A DNA stretch of 64,000 nt from Camelus dromedarius (lineage: Eukaryota), in assembly GCF_036321535.1 (NCBI RefSeq), contig NC_087437.1, forward strand, positions 103,914,001 through 103,978,000, given 5' to 3'. Every line of letters starts with the position of its first letter. Positions within the stretch are counted from its first letter, which is position 1. Below are positions 51,890 to 64,000 of this stretch, piece by piece. The notes beneath the pieces are model-generated. The model searched no databases and was not told where the DNA came from. It saw nothing but the letters and a program-made list of their open reading frames with translations. The translations under genes and the position numbers were made by a program.

Positions 51890-52478
51890 TACAAACAGGT
51901 ATAGATACATAGGGAAAGGTATAGAGGTATCTCTATTTGGGTATCTATCTATATGTTGTGTATTTCTGTACATAGATAAAGATTTCCTCCTTTACTGAAT
52001 TTTCTTCAATAACTTTGCCTTGGATGCCTTTGTATTATGAAGAAAATTGCTAAGAAAAGGCAAAATTTGGAGAAGTTTTGTGTGTATCATCTCTCAAGTA
52101 TTTATAATCAATATTAGCAAAATAATAGGCTCTGAATAGTTATACAAGTTACATATTCCTTAAAAGACTATTTCCTGTGCCAGTTTGACAGAAGACCATT
52201 TGTTTATATTAATATGTAAATGTATACATTAATATGTACAGATAATCCTCAGAACTAATTGTTCTGTCAAATATACTTTCATAAACACCTGAATGTATTT
52301 GTTAGGATTTAAGCATACTTTATATAAAATAAGAATGTACAACTATCTCATTTTACACAGATTAAAGGTAATACATACAAATAATCTTTTAACTAATACT
52401 GTATGAATTTACATATCTAACGTTGATACTGAACAGTATCCCGCCTACGTTATGTATACATTTTCCTTAAGAATTTTT

Positions 52479-53515
52479 ATTTATTTTTATTGCATTTTTT
52501 TCATTTTTTAAAAATTTTTTATTGAGTTGTAGTCATTTTACAATGTTGTGTCAAATTCCAGTGTAGAGCACAATTTTTCAGTTATACATGAACATACATA
52601 TATTCATTGTCATGTCTTTTTTTTTTTTTTGCTGAGAGCTACCACAAGATCTTGTATATATTTCCCTGTGCTATACAGTATAATCTTGTTTATCTATTCT
52701 GCATATGCCTGTCAATATATACAAATTTTGAAATCCCAGTCTGTCCCTTCCAACCCCCTACCCCCTTGGCAACCACAAATTTGTATTCTATGTCTATGAG
52801 TCTGTTTCTGTTTTGTATTTATGTTCTTTTATTTTTTTAATTCCACATGAGTGATCTCATATGGTATTTTTCTTTCTCTTTCTGGCTTACTTCACTTAGA
52901 ATGACATTCTCCAGGAACATCCATGTTGCTGCAAATGGTATTATATTGTCAGCTTTTATGGCTGAATAGTATTCCATTGTATAAATATAACACTTCTTCT
53001 TTATCCAGCCATCTGTTGATAGACATTTAGGCTATTTCCATGCCTTGGCTATTGTAAACAGTGCTGCTATGAACTTTGGGGTGCAGGTGTCATTTTGAAG
53101 TAAGGTTCCTTCTAGATATATGCCCAGGAGTGGGATTCCTGGGTCATATGGTAAGTCTATTCCTAGTCTTTTGAGGAATCTCCATACTGTTTTCCACAGT
53201 GACTGCACCAAACTGCATCCCCACCAGCAGTGTAGGAGGGGTCCCTTTTCTCCACAGCTTCTCCAGCATTTGTCATTTGTGGACTTTTAAGTGACGGCCA
53301 TTCTGACTGGTGTGAGGTGATACCTCATTGTAGTTTTGAATTCCATTTCTCTGATAATTAGTGATATTGAGTATTTTTTTCACGTGCCTATTGGTCATTT
53401 GTATTTCTTCCTTGGAGAATTGCCTGTTTAGATCTTCTGCCCATTTTTGGATTGGGTGTTTTGTTTTTTTCTTATTAAGTTGTATGAGCTGCTTATATAT
53501 TCTGGAGATCAAGCC
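52479..53515 (-). mobile_element. Young L1, non-inverted 3' part (poly-A tail, 3' UTR, ORF2 C-terminus)
   Basis: T-rich tail at ~52480-52520, antisense 3' UTR, minus-strand [17 protein letters not shown]...[19 protein letters not shown]. Confidence 0.95.
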
Positions 53516-54217
53516 CAAGGCAATCTACAGATCTAATGCAATCCTTATCAAATTACCCAGGACATATTTCACAGAACTAGAACAAATCATAATAAAATTT
53601 ATATGGAACCATCAAAGACCTAGAATTGCCAAAGCATTACTGAAGAGGAAAGAAAGAGGCTGGAGGAATAACTCTCCCAGACTTCAGACAATACTGTAGA
53701 GCTACAGTCATCAAGACAGCATGGTATTAGTACAAAAACAGACATATGACCAATGAAACAGAATAGAGAGCCCAGAAATGAACCCACAAACTTTTGGTCA
53801 ACTAATATTCGACAAAGGAGGCTAGAATACACAATGGAATAAAGACAATTTCTTCAGCAAATGTTGCTGGAAAAACTGGATGGCAGCATGTAAATCAGTG
53901 AAGCTAGAACACTCCCTTACACCATACACAAAAATCAACTCAAAATGGATCAAAGACTTGAACATAAGACAAGATAAAATAAACCTCCCAGAAGAAAATA
54001 TAGGCAAAACATTACCTGACATACATCTCAAAAATGCTATCCTAGGGCAGTCTACCCAAGCAATACAAATAAAAGCAAGAATAAACAAATTGGACCTAAT
54101 GAAACTTACAAGCTTCTGCACAGCAAAGGAAACCATAAGTAAAACAAAACGACAGCCTACGGAATGGGAGAAAAATTTTGCAAATGATGAGACCAACAAA
54201 GGCTTGATCTCCAGAAT
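53516..54217 (+). mobile_element. Inverted 5' segment of the same L1 (ORF2 internal part)
   Basis: Plus-strand [26 protein letters not shown] and [26 protein letters not shown]...KGLISRI; it ends where the minus part begins. Confidence 0.95.
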
Positions 54218-55304
54218 TTTTGTTATTTTTTTTTAAAAAAAAGGTCACTTAAAATTTGGTTTCTACAAGTTTTACAAGGAACATGTCTATATATAAATGT
54301 AGGAATATAAGTAAAGATGACAAATCATCTGCAGAATGATTAAAAGGTGTTGTTTCCATTTAGAGAAAGCTTTAAAAGCATGTTCTCTACTTAGAGAATT
54401 TTGGCTTAAATGAAAAGGATGCTTTTATTTTCTTGGTGTTTTATTGCTTCTTGGAATATCTGTTAAAATAGATTGGCCTCAGTTCTCTTTCTAGCTAGCC
54501 TCAATTCACAGGGTCAAGGGAACTTTTCGGAAAAAGAAAGATTAAAAAAGACTAGCAAAGAATGAGTAAGTCTGTATTTTTTTATTTTTTTCTAAGAAAA
54601 AAAAATGCTTCCATCAAAGTACAATAGTAGACTTCAAGATATAGTTGTATTCACTCAATTAAATAATAGCTCCATGAGGTCATGGATATGAAGTACTCAT
54701 CTTGTTTCCAGCAGCAAATTCATCATCTGGAATATTCAAGTTCCATAAATTCTGATATGACATAATCTAGAGGAGGTAAAAAAGCACTGTGTGGGTGGGT
54801 GGGTGTAGAAGCAAGATGGAAGAAAAAGCAAAACAAAAATACTTGGGGATAAAATCCTCTGGTTCTCTATTTCTGGTTCAAATAATAACTAGAAATTTTA
54901 AGAATTACATAATTACATATAGATTAGATAATTGTCTTTAAAATGCTTTTTGTGGTTTCCTAAGTTGGATAGTACAAGAAAAGGCAAGAGAGAAGATGAG
55001 GATATTTCAATGTTGGCTATTGTTACTGCCTGCTTCTCTCTAGAATATTTAGGCTGGGTTTTCTTTTTGAGGAGTTAGTAATATATTCCGGATTAAAATT
55101 TTACAAAAGATTCCAGAAATTTTTATAGTCTTACATATGAAAAAATACTGATTCCCCCAAATCTGTATTTTATGAAAAACTTAGTTCTATGGGAGATTAA
55201 AAACTCTACTTTCACAATATTGGGGGACATTAAATGGTGAGAGATTAACTCTGTGGTAGAAAGAAACCTAATAAGAAAGCTTGGCTCCATCCACATGAAC
55301 GAGG

Positions 55305-55430
55305 GTTCTCAGTTTATAGACTGTACAGATGAAACTTTGAGATCCAGGTACGCACTTCAAGTACCCACACAGAACAAGCACAACAACGAGGTTTGGGGTC
55401 AAAGAATACCAAATTCTGTCTGGAAGTGAC
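55305..55430 (-). mobile_element. MIR fragment
   Basis: tgtacagatgaaactttgagatccagg..cacttcaagtacccacacag core-like motif. Confidence 0.5.
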
Positions 55431-57984
55431 ATCAAGCTTCCAGAGAATTTATGTTCAGATGTTGAGGATCTTCTATCTTTTGAACATTACAGACAGAGAG
55501 TTGGATGATAAGAACTATGTAATGTGATTGTCTCCAAGAAGTGAGCATTAAAATTATCGACATTCACATAAATGTATTTATTTTTGCTTGCTGATAATGA
55601 GTGCTTAATTTGCATGAATCATTTTAGTGGACCAAAGGGAACTTTAAAAATTGTGGATAAATTTAGCTCAAGAAAGGGAAACTTTGTGGATACCTCACCT
55701 AAAAAGAACCTGTTTCTCTGATTTCAAATGTACTGAGTAGAGGTATGAAGAAGGATTATCATCTTGTTTCTTCACTTTTTTTATTAACTAGTATCTATTA
55801 GGGAACAGAAAAATAGATTTTTGTCATCGTATAATTGTATGACACTCTCCTTTCTTCTATCCTCCTCTCCCTCTCCTTTTTGTCTCTTTGTAGCATAATA
55901 TTCATACTCCAGTCTCAACGAAAGTAGTTTTCTATAAATCTTTTCACCAAATTATTCATAGAAAAGTGACCACTTATGCCCTTCATTAAAAAGCAGCATT
56001 AATACAAGGATTCTTTATGAATCCTTGCCTTTTAAATCATGAACCATTAAAAGAGATCCAGTTTTCATACTGAGTGATGTTACTAAACAAAGAAACATAG
56101 CCAGGATGGACCACAGACAAGCCAAATAGGCTTTCAACAATTTTCTCAAAGGTTTTCTTGTAAATGATCCTTATACAGTTTCTGCATTTCAAATTTTAGG
56201 AAAATAAACACATGAACCAAATGTGTTAGCTTGGGGATGATTAACAAGGATGCTGGCCATATCCTGCTGTATTCTGCAGTCATATTTTTTCCATCACATT
56301 AAGATTGATGGGGTGTAGATCTAACTCAAGTATAGATATGTGTATGTATGTGTGTGCATGTGTGTGATGGAGGGAAAGGCGGAGGGGGGGAGGGGAGGAG
56401 AGAGCAAGTAGAGAAAGGGCGAGAGGGAGAGGAAGAAGAGGTAGGGGGACAGTTTTGCTTCCAGAAGTACTGATCTGAACCTCACTCACTGTGACGTAAT
56501 TATTTTCTACGTGCTCCTGACTCACTAAAGATTTCAGTATCTATAAACTTTCACACTGTGTCTGGCATATTAAAATACTATTAATCTTATATTTTAAGCA
56601 TATTATCTTTTTTAAATCACTTTGCATCTACTCTTTCCAATTGATCCTATCATTTTTTAAGGTCAACAATCATAATCTTCACAATTCTTATACTCTTCTC
56701 TCTTCGGAAAATACTTCTATTTTATCTGGATTAATTTGACATATTGAATTCATACTGAAAAAGAAGTTTTACAATGGAAACAGGAGGCTACCTTGCAAAC
56801 CATCGCCTCTAAACTTTAAACTGGCCTATGGTAACATCTGCATCTAAACAACTTGTCAACTCACGTGTCTTCTGTGAAAAGATTGACAATATCAGTAGTG
56901 CCAGGTTCTGAATTATCCGTATAACATTCCAATAGCCATGTGAGACAGAAATCTAGTGAGTAGGTGGTAGGATACAACAGCTAAATGTGCATCTTAAACT
57001 TATTAAGAACGTCCAAGATGGGGGAAAAAATCAAGAAAAAAGTTATGGATGCTGAACAAAAATAAAAGCAAGGCCATCAGGTGTAACTCTTCTCAAAGGC
57101 CAAAGCTATTTTTATAGCAATATAGAAACATTTGGCTGTACTCAAGAGATCATGTTGTCATATCACTTAAAAATGTATTAATCATAAAATAAATTATCTA
57201 ATTAGTCCCCCCATTAAAATACATAAAAATATAATTTTATATATTGTTTGTAGAAGTTCGTATTTGTTTACTATTCATTTATTCCAAAACACTATGGTTC
57301 GTCAGTTTTCCAATCTGTTTTAATTCAAAACAACAATTATTAAAATAACAGAGGCATTAATTATATATATAATACAGACAAGTCATAATAGCATGGTCAT
57401 TACAGGTTAATTCAAGTCACTGAAATTTTTCATATAGCTGTTTTCCACACAATAATGATAATTGTCAGTAAGTATTATGGTTACAGTTGTTAAGGGGAAA
57501 CCTCAATAAGCATATATGGAACAAGGTAATTCAGAATTCTGTTAAATTCCCTTAAGTAAGGATACTAATATTTCATGATATGGTTCTTCTGAGCATACAT
57601 GGAAATGTATGCATAAAGGTTAGTGAAAATGACTGACAAAATGTGAGAGTAAAAATACTGGTCAAATTACTGGTCAGCTTTCAGTACATATTTTAAATTG
57701 TTCAGATTCTGCATTTGTTAAATTCCCTAACTTATTACTTAATGCACAAAATCTATTCTTAAATAATTGCATTTTACCTCAAATGTTCATTTGTATTTGT
57801 TTATTTGTGGATATGTAAATTTTGCTTTTATTACTTACACATGAATTCTTGCATAACTTGAATATAATTATTTCTACTTCAGACACTCTGAATTAAAATT
57901 TGTTATCTAATACTACATGTGTTCTTGAAATAGTCTTTTCCCCAAAAAATCTTTTTTTTTTTTTGGCTTGTGCTTGGGGCTTAC

Positions 57985-58440
57985 TATTTTTAAAATTTTA
58001 TTTTGAAACAATTTCATATGTACTGAAAAAATTTTACAAGAATATCCATACCCTTAACACTGAGCTTCCACTCCAGTTGCCCTAATAGTGTCTGCAGCAA
58101 AAAGATCCAGTCTTGGAATCTGTGCTGTACTCAGTTACATTTTTCCATCTTCTTTAATATGGAACAATTTTTCAGTCTTTCTTGACCTCCATGACCCCTA
58201 CATTTCTAGCCACTGCAGAATAGCCATTGTAGAATGTTCCTCAATTTGGACTTGTTTGATGTCTCTCTGTGACTAAGTCCAAGGTATGCATTTTTGCCAG
58301 GTGATCACAAAAGTAATGCTATTTCTCTCAACCCATCACATTGGTGGCACCTAATGTGGACTAGTTCCATTTCTGATGGTGTTTACCTTAAGCTTTGATT
58401 GATATTTTCCAGATTTCTCCATTGTACATTTACTTTTCCC
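57985..58440 (-). mobile_element. L1MC4/L1MC5-type 3' end
   Basis: ttttattttgaaacaatttcatatgtactgaaaaattttacaagaat; ttgtagaatgttcctcaatttggacttgtttgatgtctct; ccagatttctccattgta. Confidence 0.8.
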
Positions 58441-58464
58441 TCAATTTTTTCCTACTTTAAAAAA

Positions 58465-59640
58465 AATAATTTTTAAGAGCAGCTTTAGGTTTACAACAAA
58501 ATTGAGAGGGAAGCAGAAATATTTAAAATGTATACCCTGCCCCCCCCCCCCCCCCGCACACATGGCCTCCTCTGTTATCAACATCACTTACTAGGAATTT
58601 TTTTTTTTTAAACCAAGAATGAACCTACATCATATATATAGATTATAATATCATGCACAGTATTTTCACTGCCCTAAAAATTCTCTGTGTTCTACCTATT
58701 CATCTCTACTCCCCTCATCTCCACTTCCCCCTCTGGCAACCACCAATCTTCTTACCCTCTCCACAGTGGCTTTTCATAACAGCTTGTAGTTGAAATCATG
58801 CAGAGTTTAGCCTTTTCAGGTTGACTTCTTTTACTTAGTAATACGCATTTAAAATTGTTCTGTCTTTTCATGGCTTGATAGCTCATTTTTTTGAGTACTG
58901 AATATTCCATTGTCAGAATGTATCAGTTTATTCACTCGCCTACTGAAGTTATTATTGGTGCTTCCAAGTTGTGGTAGTTATGAATAAACTTACCATATAT
59001 ATATCCACACACTAACCCAACCACAAATAAGTTTTCAAATCTTTTGTGTAGATAATGAGAAGGCTGATTATGGGATATGGTAAGATTATGTTTGTTTTGT
59101 AAGAAATCATGAAACCATCTTCTAAAATGGCTGTATCACTTTGCACTCCTACCAGCAACAAATGAGAGTTCCTGTTGCTCCACATCCTCACCAACATTTG
59201 GTGTTGTCAGTGTTATGGATTTGGGCCATTCTAATAGGTGTGTAGTGGTATCTCATTTGTTGTTTTAATTTGCACTTCCCTAGTGACTTATGATATGGGG
59301 AAACATTGGTCCATATATTAATTCAGTTGTTTGTTTTCTTATTGTTGACATTTAAGGTAACAGTCCTTTATCAGATGTATCTTTTGCAAATATTTTCCAC
59401 TAAGTCTGTGGCCTATCTTCTAACTCTCTTAATATTGTCTTTAGAACAGAAGTTATTAAATTTAATGATGTCTAGCTTCTCAATTCTTTATTTCATGGAT
59501 CATGCCTTTGATAGGGTATCTAAAAAGTCATCACTGAACACAAGGTCATGTAGATTTTCTCCTATGTTATCTTCTAGGAATTTAATGGCTTTGCATTTTA
59601 TGGTTAGGTCTGTGAGTTAATTTTTGTGAAGGGCATGGGG
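58465..59640 (-). mobile_element. L1MC1-like 3' region with ORF2 remnant
   Basis: ttttaagagcagctttaggtttacaacaaaattgagaggg; agtattttcactgccctaaaaattctctgtg; tgagagttcctgttgctccacatcctcaccaacatttggtgttgtcagtg. Confidence 0.88.
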
Positions 59641-62600
59641 CCTAGCCTAAAAAAAAAATGTGTGAATATATGGTAATACCATTCTATTCCAAAATATGTT
59701 AATGTCATTTTTAATGGAAATAATTCAATATAAAATTAAGTATCATTCTTACCTAGAAAAAATTCAAAAGCTATAATACATCCATTAAAATAATATCAGT
59801 GTAATGATTTCCACAGGATAGAGAATAATCAATTATACTTTTTTCTAACACACAAATATATCCATGATTCATTGTTAAATGTATAATTAATTCACGAAAC
59901 AGGTAGTTGAAATCGTCTTTTGTAAATGGATTTACATGGGTATGCAAAGAAAAAGGTCTAAAGAATATGTAAGAGATTTAAATCTGCATCATTGGATTAT
60001 ATTGACCCTTTAATTTCTATTTTTTCATGACGAATAGGACTAATTATATAACAATATTAAGATAAAATAAATTTCAGACATGTTATTTTCAGATTTCCAA
60101 TCAACAATTTTTGGGAAAAAAAATGATTATTGACTATGCAATTTAGCAGCCCAGGGTAAATATCAAGATACAAGGAAAACATTTCAACTTCTGCTGTTCC
60201 TCTTCCAGTAGCTGTTCTATAATCATAATTTTCTTCACAGGTTACTTGACTACAAGAGATGAATTTTCAGTGAATATCAGTCTCCTAAACATTAAGTAAA
60301 GATTCAGGGTATGTTTGTGAATTTTATAGATAACGCCAGCAAGGTCTGGGTGGAGAATCTCTGTTATTCCTAGACTGCGACACGACGCATCTAGAAACGC
60401 CCCAGCCCTGGTGGGATGCTACACAAGTTCTCTCTTCCTACTGCCCGTCTCCGACTTTTTCAGCCACAAGAAACAACTGCCTGAAACCCTCAGAGGCTCA
60501 AAAGAAATGGTAGAGTAGGAAGTAATGGAAAAAATAGCATTACAAGTTTCATCCAAAGTATTTTGCATGTAAATATGGTATAATCTTTTTAAAAATAATG
60601 TATACCTGTAAATAGTTTAATTTCTGAAAGATAAAATTGACAATTGTGTCTTTTTATTTCCATTCCTCAGTTTGGTGCAATTGTACCTACCGTTATTTTT
60701 CAGACGAAGAAACAAAGATATTACACTATCACAAATAACTAAATTCTTGAACGAAGTATTTAAGTGTGCCAATACACATACACACATGTATGTGTATATG
60801 TATATATACAAGTACATGCATACACACAGATAAATGACTAGAGGAGTTAATTATTACTTAGAATTATCTGAAATTTCAGCCTTTTACCCAAATAATGGGA
60901 TTAGTAAAAACTTAAGTCACTTCCATGGAGGAATCAAAGACATATAAACGCACAATAAATAAGACAAAGGCTGCTACATAACCTGTGCCCAGTTATTTAG
61001 TGCACCTCTTCCCCATGCTTGTGGAGGCTAATAACAGGGTGAGAAATCTTTTGGCTACTTTCTAAATAGTACCCTTAGGGAAATTTTTTAAGAGTAAAGA
61101 GATCTCAAGTTAAGAAGATTCAAAACCTTCCTAGGCAAGAGCATTTAGTCTAAGGTTGACCAATTGGAAGAGACTAGTCTGTAGTTTGTGGCAGTTGTTC
61201 CAACTGACGTGTGATAAAGTTGACTTAAGCCAAAGTGATAAAACAAATGTATTTCAGTGCCCAAAACTGATCTGAGTATCTTTATATAATGTCAGACTGA
61301 GATTAAATGTGAAGGAATATAGTTTTGCCAAATTCTAATTTTATCTCTTGAGAGAGTAAGGACCAGATATTTAAATTACATTCTGATTAGGAAAAGATAA
61401 TTAAAATCTATTATTCCTAACTCCAGTTCAGTGCTCCTTTCAAAACAGCTGTGTAAATGGGTTTTGTCTTTCCAATTCTGCCCGAGTTAACTGCCTGACA
61501 AATTGCATATTCAACATATGGCAAGTGCATATAAGAAATCTATCTTTCTGGAAAGATAACTTTCTCCTTCACCAATCCCATTTTTAAGGGATTAAAAACA
61601 ACAACAGAAAAAACCTTCCCTGAAGAATAGCTTTCTTTTTGAGTCTTTAAATCATTTGGGTTTAGTGAAATGGATTTAGTATTTTACTCCCAACATAAAC
61701 TGCACAGTATTTTTCATCTCTGTTTTATTCCTCATTGCCCAAATGTAACTGACTAATATAAAATTAGTTCAGCAGATTTTTATTCAGATTGTTGAAGCCT
61801 CAAACATTGATTCCTGAACTAATAGCATTTTTTATAATAATGATACAGATAAAGATCAGCACCATTAGATTATGGAATGCAATTGCCCAAATATTCTCAT
61901 AAAAAAATTGAAAGTGATTATTAAGATTATCATCACCACAGTTTCTTGAAAACACAGAATATCTATTGCAAACTTGGATACAAACCATTGCTTTGCTATT
62001 AAACAATTTTAGTCTAAATGTCTATAGTTTAACACAATTATTATCTCATTACACAGGATGTTTATTTTATGTAGTGTAGAGTTCAACTCATATTTTAAAA
62101 ATGAAACATAAATTACAACTTCAGTAGTAAAAATGTACACTAAATTAAAAGGAATTAAATCTTTGAATAAGTGAAAGCTAATTTGATAAAGGCCTTTAAG
62201 ATACTAGCTGCTAAAGTAACTACAATAATCAAAATAACTAAAATAACTAGCCTCATCACAGAATCAAAAGTCAGTTCAGAAAGCACTATGAATGATGCAC
62301 ATTAAAATATCAGCATGTTCACTACAATCACCAATGAATCATTTGATGTATTTATTGTCTTTAAGAAAAAAATCCTTAATTTAGTTGAGACACTAAATTA
62401 TGAACATACTGAACAGAAATATGAACATGCATGGTATTATAGTTTTTCTTATACTCAGGAGCATTGCTGTAATTTGTGGCATAATTAAAATGATTTTACA
62501 AGCAGTCAGTCATTAAGTTCTTTTAATTTTCCATCTCAAATGAAAGAGAAAAAAGCTCTGTAGCAGATTATTGTGTGACTACCCAAATAGTTTAAATCTT

Positions 62601-62723
62601 CAAAACTGAGATTTTTGGCATGAACAGTCTTTGAAAGTTAACACAATAATTAAATTATGTCCTCCTGGACCTGCTTACACTTTATTGAATAAAAAACTAT
62701 CTTATTTCAAAAATATGACTGGT

Positions 62724-63133
62724 GTTCTGGATTAAATTGTGTCCCCTCCTAAGAAAAGTGTCCCAGATTGCGACCTAGAGGGTCATGAAGTGTAATTAGT
62801 TAAGTTCAGATGAGGACATACTGGAATAGGGCCCCTACTCCAGTATTACTGATGTCCTTATAAGATGGTGACATTGGAAGAGACACAGGGAAGACTCTCT
62901 ATGATAATAAAGAGATTAATGTTGGCAGCTGCAAGCCAAGAAATATCAAAGATTTCCAGCAAACCACCAGAAACTATTGAGAGGCAAGAAATGATTCCTC
63001 TTCAAGGTTCAGAGGGAAAATGGCCCTAATGACACCTTGATTCTAGAGTACTAACGTCCAAAATTGTGAAACAATATTTTTTTCATTCTTTTCAGCCACC
63101 CACTTGGTTACTGAGGCCCTAGAAAACTAATTT
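62724..63133 (+). mobile_element. MLT1C-like MaLR LTR
   Basis: tgttctggattaaattgtgtcccc; agatgaggacatactggaatagggccc; gctgcaagccaagaaatatcaaagatttccagcaaaccaccagaaact; gccctagaaaactaat. Confidence 0.9.
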
Positions 63134-63569
63134 AACTGACATTTAGCATTTTCAGCCTACAGAGAGACTATGAAATTTGAAGAAGAAAGATAATTTCAAA
63201 TTCTTATCAGTAATAGATATATAAAAGTCACAGGAATAAAAATATTCATCTGGATGGTTTTATATGTGTGTCTGTCAGCTTAAATACATTTACTTGCTGT
63301 TTTCCTTGGATGGACATCCAAGCTAGGTATCAACCCAATGAATATCTCATGCATTTAGACCCTTCACTCTTACATAACTACTTAATAAAATTGAAAGTGA
63401 ATTATATTGCTATAGAAGTGGTTGGTAATTCTTGTACAGAGGTGCTCATCCCCATCCTTTGTAATGAAGCTGGCATTGCTACTGTAGAGTATAAGGTGTC
63501 TATTCTTGTCTTTCCGATCTAGCCTTGCGCATGTGCTTTTTCAGTGACATTTAGCTTCAAAAGTCCTTA

Positions 63570-64000
63570 GTTCATATCTCTACTCCAGATCTCTCTCCTG
63601 AAGACAAGACCTATAAAATCAGTTATCTAACTGATATCTTTACTTGGATGTCTAACTGATGCCTCGAAGTCTCTTAGACCTCTTGCAGACCACATGACCA
63701 AAACTCCAGATCTCCATGCTAACTTGACACCTCCTCACTGCATCACGGTAGGTCATGGCACCTACCGCTCAGGTCATGAGGGCATAAAGGAGTTCTCCTT
63801 TACTTCTCCTATTTTCTAACTTCAAGTGTTCACATTATTCAATCTATCAAAAAATACTATTGGCTCAATCTGAAAATAGTATCCCAAATCCATTTGTTTC
63901 TGCCACTAGTACAACCACCAATACTTCCACATGGAATACAACAGTTCTTCTAGTTGGTCTCTCTACTTCTTCATTTGCCCCATGTTTATTCTGAATATAT
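63570..64000 (+). mobile_element. L2 fragment (runs off the window end)
   Basis: atatctctactccagatctctctcctgaa..tgatatctttacttggatgtctaac; attcaatctatcaaaaaatactattggctc. Confidence 0.8.

Noticed and set aside
52201..52240. Imperfect 2 x 20-bp tandem repeat (tgtttatattaatatgtaaa / tgtatacattaatatgtaca)
   Set aside because: Low-complexity AT-rich slippage product with no sign of function.
55608..55615. Octamer motif ATTTGCAT as a regulatory site
   Set aside because: A single 8-mer is expected several times by chance in 64 kb of AT-rich DNA.

Overview
AT-rich, CpG-poor placental-mammal non-coding DNA (gene desert or interior of a long intron). I find no host protein-coding gene, RNA gene or CRISPR array. 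The ORF track holds only decayed LINE-1 ORF2 fragments, antisense shadows of repeats and chance ORFs. Much of the window is interspersed repeats: old eutherian elements (L2, MIR, HAL1, L1M-type LINEs, five MaLR/ERVL LTRs, a full-length MER82 DNA transposon) overlaid by younger lineage-specific L1s and one tRNA-derived SINE. The young L1 3' UTRs, the SINE, and the absence of recognisable Alu/BovB/Bov-A/PRE1/CHR elements suggest a camelid genome (inference from recalled consensus sequences). The best observations are mechanistic: a young twin-primed L1 with a 17-bp junction duplication and a visible priming microhomology, an in-register young/old L1 chimera, two short near-identical duplications 1.2 and 3.1 kb from their partners, a hairpin-associated 30-bp tandem duplication, and one 105-bp exon candidate. 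I see no evidence for a new multi-gene biological system. Repeat subfamily names and boundaries of old elements are approximate and recalled, not search results.
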